Translations under genes and position numbers: made by a program | The notes under the pieces: generated by a model | The model's database searches: none | What the model was told of the DNA's origin: nothing | The model's input: the letters and a program-made list of their open reading frames with translations, nothing else | In this document: piece by piece, positions 11,640-24,896 of the stretch | Layout: each line of letters opens with the position of its first letter | Numbering within the stretch: position 1 is the first letter of the stretch | Assembly: GCA_964016885.1 (NCBI GenBank) | Contig: OZ024746.1 | Location: forward strand, 35,216,001-35,280,000 | Length of the DNA: 64,000 nucleotides | Source of the DNA: Eledone cirrhosa | Taxonomy: Eukaryota | Reading direction: 5' to 3'

Positions 11640-11835
11640 CCTGGACTTGGTTGAGTGTGGTGTTATTGAGCAAAACACTTCATTACTCCAATATATTCAG
11701 CTCAGTATTAGACATAGCTGCGGTTTAACCCTGCGATGGGCTGCTATCCTGGACAGGGGGAATCTTGTCGCTAGATACCAGGAAAACCGGAATAAGCACC
11801 GGCCTGATGAGATTCTGTGCTCGAGAGTGACTTTT
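11640..11835 (+). mobile_element. Old SINE fragment (same family as 19801-20011)
   Basis: ttgagcaaaacactt...taaccctgcgatgg...gaaaaccggaataagcaccggcctg is shared with the reverse complement of 19801-20011. Confidence 0.65.
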
Positions 11836-12208
11836 CTTTTTAATAAGTTCTAATTAACTGACAGAATATATAGCTGATTAAGTAATCCGAATATACAAAT
11901 AAATTAATATACATGAATGTGGGCGTATGTGTACGTGTGTGTGCGTACTTGCATATGGGTGTAAACACCAGAATATCTGAAAAGTAGGTTTAATAAATGA
12001 AATATATGCCAATTATATGGCGAGAACTATAACAAATGTTATCTTTAATCCTCTTTTATTTTAATTGAGTTTCATCCTAATTATTACGTTTATTTATCAT
12101 TGATATCATTATTGTTGCTGCTGATGCTGTTGTTGTTGGTGGTAGTGGTGGTGAGGATGGTGGGGGTGCTTTTGTGTTTGTTGTTTTGATAATATTATTA
12201 TTATTACA

Positions 12209-12410
12209 GGGCGGTGGATTGGCAGTATTGGTAGAGGGTCGGACGCCATGCTTTGACGCATGGAGTTACAGCCCATGCCATTCTGAGTTCAAATCCCGCC
12301 GCGCCGAGGTTAACTTTGCCTTTCAACCTTACGTGGTCGATAAAATAAAGTACCAGTAATGCACTAGGTAATTGCTGGCCTTGTGCCAAAAGTAGAAACA
12401 CTTATTATTA
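12209..12410 (+). mobile_element. Major tRNA-derived SINE, full length
   Basis: A box tggcagtattggtaga, B box gagttcaaatccc, body ctttgcctttca...gtcgataaaataaagtaccag, AT-rich tail. Confidence 0.9.
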
Positions 12411-12770
12411 CAGGATGATTATTATAATTTGATATGTAGCAGTAATTATTAATATATTCAAGTATTCTGTTTATTCAATAATATATATACACATCGTTAG
12501 TATACTTATGTTCACCTCGTGAAATAACAAAATTTATTCTATCTAATTTCACTTTATGATTGCAAGTCAAGTTCTACTTCACGATGTTTCGGTTATTCTT
12601 GATATGGTTTCTGAATTTTGAATATATTGCTTTCGTGTAATTTCTTAGATATGTATATATCTACGTACGCATAGTTTAGAATATATAGGTTTCTAAAGAT
12701 CCATTGAAAGGGTGTAAGCAGTGTAGTTATATATATGTGTATATATAAATATATATGTATATATATATAC

Positions 12771-12834
<64 letters not shown>

Positions 12835-12836
12835 AC

Positions 12837-12933
12837 ACAAAATATTAAAACAATCGAATCTTAGTTTAATACATTTATTAATCGTCAGCAAATAAATGTA
12901 TTAAACTAAGATTTGATTGTTTTAATATGTTGT
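12837..12933. repeat. Palindrome, 43-bp arms with 11-nt loop, next to (TA)n
   Basis: 12837-12879 is the reverse complement of 12891-12933 with 2 mismatches. Loop is aatcgtcagca. Confidence 0.9.
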
Positions 12934-13083
12934 ATCTCGGCTCTGTAATACACTTGATAATTTACATTGGGCCTTTTATCCTACCGGTAACTGGCTAGAA
13001 CTTAGTTGTACCCTCCATATTTATAATTGTATATTAAACATATATAAGTATAAATATTATTATTATTACTATATATATACGAA

Positions 13084-13272
13084 GGCGGTGAATTGGCAGT
13101 ATCGGTGGAGAGTTGAATCCATGCTTTCTAGCATAGTTACGTCCCTTTACGGTCTGAGTTCAAATCCCGCCGAGGTTGACTTTGCCTTTCATCCTTACGG
13201 GGTCGATAAAATAAAGTACTGTAATGTACTGGATATTTGCTGGCCTTGTGCCTAAAGTAGAAACAATTATTA
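13084..13272 (+). mobile_element. Major tRNA-derived SINE, full length
   Basis: Near-identical to 40073-40262. Confidence 0.9.
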
Positions 13273-13896
13273 CTATACATAGACAGTATATATGCATAAA
13301 ATCTCCCGATACAGTTACAGATTACATAATTACACACTCCTTCAGAACTAGATCTCGTGAAGCATTGATATGACTAGCAGTCGGCCAAGAAAACTGGCCA
13401 ATTCATATAAAACTGAAACATCGCCAGCCGTATCGTAGTTGTGAAACTACATTTTGTGAAAGTAAAATACCGCTGAGTGTTATACCTGGTAACAAGATAT
13501 AGATAAAGCTCAAAAGACTGATATAAATTCGTATACTCGAGGTATTATTTTCCCATGTGTGCTCTCAACTAAATTAGAATTAATTGGGCTTATGACTAAT
13601 ATCGGAAAGAAAGTATCACGAAATAACACATAAGAAATATTACTTATATTTGCGTTTGCGAAAACTTCCAGACTTCTTGATTTTCTTACGTAATTAATTG
13701 GTTCTAATATCCGTATAGTTGTGTCATTTGTATTTATATTTATGTTTGCAGGTGGAATCTGGTTTGTGAGTTGCGTCCAAACACTAACTAAACCATTAGG
13801 TAAACAGAGATAAATAACTATTTGGGTGGTAATTATCGACTAAAATCACTGAAGGTGATGCCCTTTACATTTCATTAACGTACATGCATGTGTGAG

Positions 13897-13929
<33 letters not shown>

Positions 13930-13956
13930 TATAGTGTGTGTGTGTGTGTTAGAGAG

Positions 13957-14017
<61 letters not shown>

Positions 14018-14498
14018 TTCTTTATGTGTGTGCGTGTGTCTGATTAGTGTGTACATTTTAATGCTGAAAATTGTCAGCTGGTTGCGAATATATGAAAATA
14101 AATGAGTAAATGGTTTGATATCAATGTATATATGTGTGCATACGTATGTATGTACGTGTGCGTATCTGTTTGTATATGTGCGCTTGTCTTCTGTATGTGT
14201 ATGTGAAAGGTCTCTGCAATTTGAGGTCGATAGTTGTTAAGACAAGCAGAATGTACTGGAATGTGTCAATGGCAGTATCTGCCAATGGATTTAATGCACA
14301 ATTGTGCATGACTGCATTTCAACGCTGATATGTTCGGATGGCTCCGTTGCCTTCCATAGGTGGTGACTGGTTATATGTATATACAAGAACTTCCTATTGT
14401 GTGACTGACACGTGTTTGTATTTGAGTGTTAACATATGTATATACACATTAGTATATTCATGAATTTAGGCTTGCATATGTACACACACACATATGTA

Positions 14499-14534
<36 letters not shown>

Positions 14535-14608
14535 CGTGTGTGTGTATGTGTGTGTGTGGGGATAATTCTACATAATGTATATTTTTATTTTTTCGGTATT
14601 TTGAACTG

Positions 14609-14635
<27 letters not shown>

Positions 14636-14640
<5 letters not shown>

Positions 14641-14699
14641 TGACAACATATATGGTCGTGGGAGCATTACAATATTCAATATATATATATATATATAAG

Positions 14700-14730
<31 letters not shown>

Positions 14731-14792
14731 TTATATATATATATATATTGAATATTGTAATGCTCCCACGACCATATATGTTGTCAATATAT
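14636..14792. repeat. Inverted repeat, ~45-bp perfect arms separated by a (TA)n spacer
   Basis: ttgacaacatatatggtcgtgggagcattacaatattcaat versus attgaatattgtaatgctcccacgaccatatatgttgtcaa. Confidence 0.92.
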
Positions 14793-14913
14793 TTTATGTA
14801 AACGTGTGTATAAGACGCCTATTTATTAGGTTATCTAGATTTTCTATACCTTTAAGCATAAAAGTTTTTATGCCTTTCCGCTTTAACATGAACACATATA
14901 TATATACAGACAT

Positions 14914-14998
<85 letters not shown>

Positions 14999-16399
14999 TA
15001 TATATATATATATATATACACATATATATATATAGAGAGAGAGAGATAGGGAGAGAGCGGGAGAGAGAGAGAATGAGAGAGAGAGAGAGAGTAGGAGAGA
15101 GAGGGAGAGATAGAGAGAGATGGGGGGGGGGGAGACAACAGATAGATAGATACAGTTTAGTACATGAACAAATGTATGATTTCACGATTGCATTTGGATA
15201 CGTTTGGATTCTTTAATCCGTTTTGGAGTAGCACGAAATGTTGAAAGCTTCAGACAGCCTACACTAGTTTAATTCTCTAGCAATACGTTTAACTTTAATA
15301 TAACCTGAACATGTGACCTATCCACCAATAGACTGTGAATACATTGAAGTCCACCATGTGATTTATGCTTATCATGTGTTCATTTTTATTTTTTGTTGTT
15401 TCTTTTGTAATGATTTCGTCAAACGTGTCTTTAGATAGACCCTTTGACTACTTATGAAACTTTGCTAGGCAGGAAGAAAGGGATAGAAAACCTGGCTCAG
15501 ATTTTGCCAGACGCGAAACACACAAAAGCATACATGAATCAGTTTAATAGATTCGATAGGACCACAGATTCAATCTAACAACTAAGAAAAAAAGCGGTCC
15601 ATCCAACAGCCTTCAACACAATTCCTATCTACGAAATTTCATTTACAATTATTTGCTAGGCTCGCGACTACGTTAGCAGAATCTCAAAGGCGGGGGTCAC
15701 CTACATAACAACCCATGGTTGCGAAGCAAATGTATTAGCTGGATAGGCATCTTCTAAATATGACTTGTCCCATTGTAAACCTGTTATATTCACGTTAGAA
15801 CGTAAACATTGAAATTCTTTATTCCAACAATCATTTGATGTATGATACATAAGGTTGTAATTAGGTTACAAGGGGCGGTTGTAACAGTTAATCTTTTAGG
15901 GTTTGTGTTGGTAGACGGCTGATGTGTCGATAGACAATATTGATGGCTAGTTGTGTTCTGTTATTGTTTATCTTAACGCCAAATATGATTCAACGAACTT
16001 ACCAGGGATGATAAGATTTTCTCTCATATGTAATTTAGTTATTTAGGATAGTAGGATGCAATTTCAAGAATGCTGGTTATTGTTTCTAATAGGCAAGTCG
16101 TCTGTCTTGAGGATTCTCTACTTATTTCGTGATATTAGTAGGGTAGCAGGGTGGCACTCTTGTTTTCTAGTGGTAGTGATAATGTTTAAATTTTAGTCAA
16201 CCCTGACTGAGATGAACCATAACATGTGAGAACAAATATTCTGTAGCATTGATATTGGCACTTGTTTTTACCTACTATAGTTGGCTGAATTCAAATATGT
16301 AGTCAGATTCTATCTATAAGCTACAGAACTTTTGCATTTCAATTTTTCCTTTCCTTAAAAAGTGGAACAAGTTGTTCCTCAGAATTAGGAGTAGGTTGA

Positions 16400-16941
16400 A
16401 TTCGTGTGGGCTTACTTGAATAGGAGATTTTTTGACGGTTTTTCTTGACAACAACTTTAGAGTTAACCTCGCAAAAATAACAGTCAGTTACGTCGTCCTT
16501 TAGCTCTCATCAAACCAAAGGGAATCCAAAAGGTAGACCTTTCGTTTTCATTTCCTCCAGTCACGAAGATTTCCTCGTAATTATGACACACAATATATGG
16601 GAACCACTTCTTGTCTTGGTCACCAAGCTGAACGTTATAATAGGCGTTACAAACTTTGTTATATTCCGCCTTTCACGAACAAGTGCAGCCACATATGTAA
16701 AAATGTGCATTGGATTTAGTTATACATTGTCTACTTGAGCAAGAAATAATTAGATCAGAATCGTATATCAATTCGTTAAGATAATTCCAATTTCGGAAAA
16801 ATCATTAATTTTAGATTGCATAAAAACTAGAACAAGCAGAGAAAAACCGATTTTAAATTTGAAATTAGCGTTGAAAAACTACTTAGAATCAGTTAAAAAA
16901 TGCCATGCAATAGCAAATAAGAAAATAATTGTTACCTGGTG
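16400..16941 (-). mobile_element. Tc1/mariner (m44-like) DNA transposon 5' end with decayed transposase N-terminus
   Basis: Minus-strand translation pieces FYICG, QLGDQDKKWFPYIVC, GLPFG and DVTDCYFC match the GDQDK.WAPH / DCYFC pattern. Terminus TA|CACCAGGTAACAA at 16941. Confidence 0.7.
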
Positions 16942-17134
16942 TAATCAAAAGCGTTCGAAACATGACCATCCCGTTTTTCATATGTTTCTAGGATTACATT
17001 GTCTAATGTGATATTTTACATATTTAAAACAGCAGAGTACGTGTACTGGTAAAGACATTTGTTATTAACAGGTCGAGAGGCTTTGTAGAACCATCATGTT
17101 GAATTGTAGTTATATTCGTATGACCAAATATGAG

Positions 17135-17348
17135 TTTCTGTTTTAGGCATAGGGCCAACAATTTGGAGGGAGCAGAAAATCGTTTTAATTGATTCCAATG
17201 CGTTATTGGTACATTATTTTATTGACTCAGTAAGGATGAAAGGCAAACCTAACCTTGGCGGGATTTGAACTCAGAACGTAAAAAGAGGTAATTCTATATC
17301 GCAAAGCTTTGTGTCCGACGCTCTACCGATACTGGCAATCCACCGCCC
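17135..17348 (-). mobile_element. Major SINE, older diverged copy
   Basis: ggcgggatttgaactcagaacg...ctaccgatactggcaatccaccgccc is the reverse complement of the SINE head. Confidence 0.85.
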
Positions 17349-17913
17349 TTCGAATGAACAAATAACACAAGTATTCCAGGTTTAAGTACTATCCCATAAA
17401 TAACGAGATTGCCTCTATAGGATTGCTTGCTTTGCTAGAAATAACAGCCAAACATCACGAACTGTTTTTAAACAGTGTAGAACAAATTGGATAATAGTGT
17501 TTTAGATGGAGTTTGGATAAGAGATGGGAAGGTCATTGTTAGAATGCCTTTTATCATTATCGTGAAGCTACATAATAATATCAACAACAATAACAACAAC
17601 TTAACCTGCTTCCTGTTCAGTGTATGCGGTGTCACAGTCTGTCTTAACTACCTACTCTTAGGGTATTTCTAATCGCTGGAATTCTTTCATTACTTAAAAA
17701 ACAGATATTATAAACCCCACCCTTATATTTTAAGTGAGATATTTGGGTTATTTTTGAGTTTCGTTGTTTTCTATCTCAGCATCAAAAACCTAGAACCACA
17801 GCAGGAATAAGAAAAAACAACAAATCTTTTGACAATTATAGGAATACTTTCGATGGGTTATAACTGGTGTATAAATAACTTGACATTACAAAAACAGCTT
17901 TAACTGGCATTGA

Positions 17914-18190
17914 GGCGGCCAAATGGCAGAAACATTAGAGTGTCAGACGAAATAATGCATTGCGATATTTATTCTGGCTCCTTCCATTCTGAGTTCAAAT
18001 CACACCGAGATCAACTTTCTTTTCAGGTCGATAAATGATGTACTCGTAAAGTTGTTAGTACACCAGCTAGCATGCTATGAAGCATGTGGTATTTCTGGCA
18101 GGTTGGCATAATCTTTAGTGCGTCGGCTGGGATGCTACGTGTGTTGTGTTATTTCTTCCGACTCTTTCCATTCTAATGTCAAAATCCACC
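17914..18190 (+). mobile_element. Two degenerate SINE heads in tandem
   Basis: ggcggccaaatggcagaaac...ttctgagttcaaatcacaccgag, then ggcaggttggcataatc...ttctaatgtcaaaatcc. Confidence 0.6.
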
Positions 18191-18654
18191 GTAACTTAGT
18201 TGAGTCGTATTAGTCCGCCCCCCTTTTTTTTCACATGGAGAGTCAGTTCCCGTTTAGAATTATATATATTATATAATTTTAGATATTAAATAATTTAAAT
18301 AATTTATTCTCCTTAGAAACAAAATATAACTACGTATTGGCTTGTTTAATGCATGCAACATTTAAAGTGTCAACTAGAAATATATATGAGAGGAGAGGAA
18401 AAACTGGTTAATACTGGTTTTCTTTATTCCAACAATTACGACAGAAAAATCCTGACACACTTCCGTCTTATTCTGACCTTCTCGCCGGTGCATAGACCTC
18501 CTTCACGGATATTTAATGAAATATCGATCAGCGAAGAGACAAGAATGTACATTTATTCTGTAGGAATATTGAATTGCTTATATATCGTTTCTCCTTGTCA
18601 CATTTCTAGCATTACTTTTAGCAAACACCAGCCTCACGGTCTAAATATGCAGTA

Positions 18655-18716
<62 letters not shown>

Positions 18717-19067
18717 CTCTCTCTCTTTCCCTTCCTTCACCCCTCTCTCTCTTTTTCCTCTATGTCGCTGCTGTTTCCTCCACTGCCTGTAGTCTCGCCT
18801 CCTTGATGCTTGGTATTCCACCATCCAACTAAGCACTCTCAATTCATTCCACACTCTTGATCTTGTCATTCATACTCTATCCACGTCGGACCCGGCATTA
18901 ACCATCACACCAAATATTTACATTGCAAATACTATGGAATTCCTTCCCTGTTACTAAATTTTCTTCTAGTCGTAAACATTCACTCACCACATATACATTT
19001 CTAGTCACATTTTAATGATCCAACCAGTGTACATGATAACACTGTAGCCTCCGATTCACCGACCTGC

Positions 19068-19250
19068 CGGTATCAGTAGAGGGTCGGACGCCATGCTTTG
19101 CAGAATGGGGTTACGGGCCTTTACGAGCTGAGTTCAAATCCCGCCGGGGTTAGTTTTACCTTTCATCCTTACGGGGTCGATAAAATAAAGTAACAGTAAT
19201 GCAGTGGCATAATTGCTGACCTTATGCCAAAAGTAGAACCAATTATTATT
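19068..19250 (+). mobile_element. Major tRNA-derived SINE
   Basis: gtagagggtcggacgccatgc...gagttcaaatcccgcc...gtagaaccaattatt. Confidence 0.9.
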
Positions 19251-19800
19251 GCTTCTCGAATCTGGCTGCTCTTGTCCTCTGTCCACTCGGGCACTTCGGA
19301 CTCTCTCATCTATCCTCTTCACTAACATGTATTCCCATGGTTCCGTCTCCTAACATTATCTTTCGAGTTTTCTCCATAAATATCAACTGCATTCATCTCA
19401 TTAGTTCAGGGGGTATGGGATATTCCTCCAGATCAAACCAATGAAATAAAAATAAAGAAAAATTAACTATTGCTTTGGTGTGGATTGTCTTTGTATATTT
19501 AAAATATGTAAAGATGTACACCAACACACACACAGAAACGCACATAGCTTCTGTATAAAAGTAATTTTATGGTTACATTTTATGAAAACTGCTGAATAGA
19601 GAAATTTCGACTAGGATCAAATATTTTATCTATAGTGCATGGAACTTCATGCCATTTAATCCTCTTTTATTTTAACATTTCTCAACGACATAACAATATT
19701 CATAAAAAGGAAGTTCACGTTATTCATCTCCAGCACATGTTCAAATCACAATGGGGTCCACAATGCAAATAATTGAATAGAACTTTATTTTATCGATCTA

Positions 19801-20011
19801 AGCTCGGAAGCGCAGCAGACCGGTGCTTATCCCGGTTTTCTTGGCGTGAAGCGACTGAGAGCATATGATTTCATCCTAGACAGGACGCCACTCTATCGCA
19901 GGTTTAAACTCCCTGCTCAAAAACAAAAAAAAACACAACAAAGTCCTGGAATCAAGCCCACTACATTATAATCGCAAGTCCAACACCTTTACCACTAGCC
20001 CACACGCCTCC
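19801..20011 (-). mobile_element. Old tRNA-head SINE (second family)
   Basis: Minus strand: ggaggcgtgtgggctagtggtaaagg...aacctgcgatag...gtcgcttcacgccaagaaaaccgggataagcaccgg. Confidence 0.7.
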
Positions 20012-20606
20012 AATATTTATCTATTTCGGAAAGATGAAAGACAAAGTTAAGTGGGGAAATATTTGTACTCAAAATGTAAAGGGTTGAAATATATACAGCA
20101 AAGCATTTTTCCCAACGCCGCAACAATTCTGCTAATCAACTGCTCCTATTTAACGTAGGCAGAGTATAGATTGCTAAATTCGACACCGAGTTAAACATCT
20201 AGAGGATACAGATCATAGATGAACATCGAAACCAATACGTAAATAATACTTCCTAATTCGAAATTAGAAGATTGAAAAGCAAATTTGATATCAGCAGGAA
20301 TTGAACGTAAAGAGGGGTAAATAAATACCACTCAGACAAGCATTATTTTAGTATACACCCTATTTGCAATAAAAGTGTATTTATTATTTTAATGATCAAT
20401 ATTTACTTGAATCACGCTGCGTTATAATTGTGTTTTTAATATATTAATTTACAATTTATTAAATAAATTCTAATTTGCGAAATAAATGGCGTGACATGAA
20501 TATTTTCTATAATTATATAAATATCTAATTATAAATAAATGGTTTGTGCGTTTATATATATGTGTGTGTATCAGTGTATATATATATATATGTATTTATA
20601 TATATA

Positions 20607-21614
20607 CTAGCATTAAAGCCCGGCATTGCTCGGGGTCAGTAAGTTACCAAAGTTAGGCTGCACCACCCATTTTATGGCAGCACTTTTTTATCTGCCAGGC
20701 ACTGGGTGAATGAATTGCAGACCTGGACTGCCGAAGCAGGAGCTGCACCAGCAGTGACAATTGTAATTTCGCCTATGGATATTATCTCTGTGCACATAAG
20801 TGTTGAAAATTATTGTTTCACAGTACTTGCGCAACACGCGCGTGGACGATGCCAGCCGAACAACAAAGCTGTGATGGAGTTGTTCTGCATGGTTGTCTAA
20901 TGTGTGTTTTCTAAATGTAAGACAGTAGGGAGGGGTGTGATATGGGGAGAGTTAGCTGCTGTTTCTAGCAGGTTTAGTGACCTCATAGAGGATATGTTTT
21001 CTAAATTTAAGACAGTAGGGAGTGGTGTGATAGGGGGGAGAGTTAGCTGCTGTTTCTAGCAGGTTTAGTGACCTCATAGAGGATATTATTGTGTTTAGTA
21101 AATGAACTGATACGTCTTTCTTCCACGTTGGTTGATAGATGTTTTAAAAAAGATTTATCGCTATTTTTTTGTTGTTGAATAAATATATCTGTTGCTTTTG
21201 AATAATTGTTGTTTCGTATGAATGTAATAAGTTCTCTTTGTCATTGAAGTAAATAAATGTTTGACCGTTCCACACTCAAAAACAAACGTTCTCTCTCTCT
21301 CTTGGATTTTGTAAGTTTAATCGTATATAAGAGAAATTTGCAGCATGTATGTAGTTTTATCCAATTTCAAGGGGAGTAGACAGTGGTAATCTGATCGTAT
21401 TAGAGGGGTAAAGCGTCATGTATTTAGTTGTATTCATTATTTCTGTAATTGTGGGGGAGTTTGAATGAAATAATTAGTCGTTGACCTCTCTTAGAGCATT
21501 TACAACATGCTTTGAGTCTTTGAGTCGAAGCTATTTGAAATTGTGCAAATGTATAAACATGGAACATGCACACACACACACACACAACAACACCAATCTG
21601 CCTTTTATAGATAA

Positions 21615-21617
<3 letters not shown>
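20607..21617 (-). mobile_element. Non-autonomous Helitron, copy 2
   Basis: Minus strand A|TC...cccgagcaatgccggg hairpin...CTAG|T. These are canonical Helitron termini with an A|T target. Colinear with 5770-6814. Confidence 0.85.
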
Positions 21618-21648
<31 letters not shown>

Positions 21649-22199
21649 ATTTACATATACACAAACTAGACAAAGTCACAGATATATGTGTTTTGGTAAC
21701 CATTCACGATGTGGCTCAATGATGAATTAATATATTAAATAATCAGAGCAATATACTCTAAAGTATGTGAATAGAATCATTTGATAATATATATACACCA
21801 TTTCCTCTCCCTATTAGCATAATTAACTACACAAAAAATCAATTAGACCAGGCTATAAGATTAAAAGGCACCTATGAAGAAATAGTAGATAAATAAACGA
21901 CAGCAATCTCTTCGCGGCTAACCGTCATAGAATATTTACCCTTATCGAGCCCCCTTGTATTTTAGTCTTCAAAATGTATTATTATTACTATATATATATG
22001 TGTGTGTGTAAACGTTTATGTACCAATGAACACACAACTCTTCCTAAATCCATGTATATATCAAATCTTCCAAATTTTCCCTATTGAGTAACGTGACATC
22101 AAAGTCTCTTCTGAGTAACCACAATTAAGCCGCTTATTATATATCGTTGTCCCATTCTTTCGCTCTTTACTAAACATTCATGACCATAGGTAATGATAA

Positions 22200-22672
22200 G
22201 TGACGATACGAACTGAAGGTATGAGTTTGGCTTTTACACCTACTTTCTTTCTTCTGACACACGGCTACTGGGACTAGGACATTAATGCATCAGCTCCGGC
22301 AGTCATTACATTTAATTCAACCTCCTGTATTCCATCACTTGTGGAATTGTCCCCAGATACTTCAACTTCTTCTAATGATTCCTTGTAACCACACTGACTT
22401 AAACGATGCACCGCGCAAGCTCTCTTGAGAAACTGTAATTTTCATTTCTGCTGTCTTGTACTCGGACGCAAACCTATCCAATGCATGCCGGACATCACCT
22501 TCCAACGAGTTGAGTAGTACCATGTCTTCTGCAATTCTCCAGTCAACTAGACCCTCCGATTGTAATACCACTTTAAACCCGACTGTACATGTCAATCATT
22601 ACTATGAATATTATGAGCAAAATAGGTAACAATACACACCCTTGAAAGAGTGCCACCCTCACATTAAATGCT
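22200..22672 (-). mobile_element. Degenerate LINE RT fragment (RTE-like)
   Basis: FNVRVALFQGCVL, IAEDMVLL (FADD-like), LDRFASE..AEMKI and KYLG motifs. Confidence 0.65.
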
Positions 22673-23399
22673 TTTTCGCAAGAAATCGATTCGTCAGGCA
22701 TTCATTTGTTTGATATACTTCTGCCTCTTGGGTTAGACTCCTCGAATTACTGTACATGATGAGCTGGTCTGTAATGTTTAATTCTTCATTACACTCGGAT
22801 ATCTCTTGCATTAAACTTTAATTTCTTGAATATGGCTTCCCGAAACCAAATGCGAAAGGACCACAAATGTTTTTTTACATATGCTATCACACTGCATCTT
22901 TCAAAACTGAAAGCTGAGATTCAAAACAAAAGTTTCGCTTTGTCAAGTTTTTGTGCTTTCCCTGCTTCTCTATGGCTGGAATGTTTGGATTGGACACTAT
23001 GTCAACATCAAATGGCTTGCGTTATGCAGATCTGAGAACTTTAGTAACACAGATTTTGCTACGGTAATGACCATTCGGATTCTTCTGGGTGTAGATTTTT
23101 TCAATTTTTCTATTCATGTGTTAAAACCTTGTGTAGAATGTTTGGTTATATTAAACCACTTTCTTAGGCTTCGTCTAATAAAACGTATTTAGTTGAATCA
23201 TTAATCAACATTGATATGAAACGATTTTAAAATCATTTACAAGATATTTTCATTATCACTGTATTATCTTACGGATTACATCACCTGAGAAACTTTCACT
23301 AATCCTATTTCTGAATCCACTAATCATCTCTGTTCATCTTTATTACATGGAAACCTTACATGGACATAATCAACAGTGTGTTTATGAACAATAAGCTAC

Positions 23400-23400
23400 G

Positions 23401-23472
<72 letters not shown>

Positions 23473-23491
23473 TGTTCTTCTTTTTCTTCTT

Positions 23492-23534
<43 letters not shown>

Positions 23535-23535
23535 C
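23400..23535. repeat. (CTA)n/(ATA)n trinucleotide microsatellites; (TAG)n also at 24197-24262
   Basis: Directly visible. Confidence 0.95.
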
Positions 23536-24197
23536 ATAAATAATAATAGGAATGAGAGAAGCAATATCAATAATAATGTTACCTAAAAGACCGACATTAG
23601 AACATTTTTCATACATTCAAAACAGCAATAACAAATATCAACAGTAAAATAAGCAACCGTAACAATAATACGTGTAAGAACACCATTAATAATATCAGAT
23701 GTTTATATAATAATCAAGGGAGATATGACAGGTCACATGGTCTTGCAAAGCCTCCCGGACGGTTATAGAGGGTAAAGAAACATACCTAGACACAAATGAC
23801 TCTGCAGTAAAAAGCAAATAATCAATTTATCGAGTTATCTTCATGTAGAAAAACTAGAACAAGGCTTCCTATAGAGTGCGTTCCATTAAAGGTAACTGGA
23901 GGCTATTTATTAGATGTGCGGGAGACGAGAATAAACAAGGCAATGGATTAAGTAAAAAGAAACTTTTAGTGAATTCGAGGTGCTTATTAGGATAAAGATA
24001 ATAAGAAACATTAGATGGTATATAAAGTAATGGTAATAAAGTGGCGACGAAGATATACTATGATGAACTAAATATTTTAAAATTAATTAATTAATAAATT
24101 AAGAGAGTGAGTCTGAAATACTGTGACCTGTATTCTACAATACTGTCAAAGACCTTACTTCTATTGGTAATAAAAATAGCTATAATAATAATGATGA

Positions 24198-24263
<66 letters not shown>

Positions 24264-24414
24264 AAGTAGAAATGGAGATAATACTAAATATATATAGAGA
24301 TATAGAAAGATAGTGTTCGACTAGATACAGGAGAATTGGTCCAACGTTTCTGTCTTTGCGTTATTTCACCCGACTTTTTCAAATCTTTTTATAGTGATTC
24401 ACAGTTATTATTAT

Positions 24415-24608
24415 CAGAATCGGTAGAGCGTCAGACACCATGCTTTGCAGCATAGAGTTATTGTCCTTTACGTTTTCAGTTCAAATCCCGTCGAGGTTAG
24501 CTTTGCCTTTCATCATAACGGTGGTCGATAAAATAAAGCACCAACAATTTAGTCGACTTTCCCTTCCCCCAAATTGTTGGCCTTGTGCTTAAATCAGAAA
24601 CCATTATT
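24415..24608 (+). mobile_element. Major SINE, diverged
   Basis: cagaatcggtagagcgtcagacaccatgc...gttcaaatcccgtcgagg...tcagaaaccattatt. Confidence 0.8.
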
Positions 24609-24819
24609 GTGCTGTCTTGCGTTCGAGTTTCTGTCTTCAAATCTTCTAAAACTATCGGAGCCTCTTTACCGGAGTGGTTATCGCACACACCTTTGGTTAT
24701 ATTCTTCGAGGGCAAATCTTTTCCGTTCCATGAACACTTTCACTAGTATTTTTTCCTATTATTCATAGTGATCGGGTATAATTATTATGGTCAGTTGCGT
24801 TTAGATTTAAAATTCTCCC

Positions 24820-24894
<75 letters not shown>

Positions 24895-24896
<2 letters not shown>

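Noticed and set aside
11800-11835. CTGATGA as a hammerhead core
   Set aside because: It lies in a SINE tail, is followed by GAGA rather than GAAA, and has no closing stem I.
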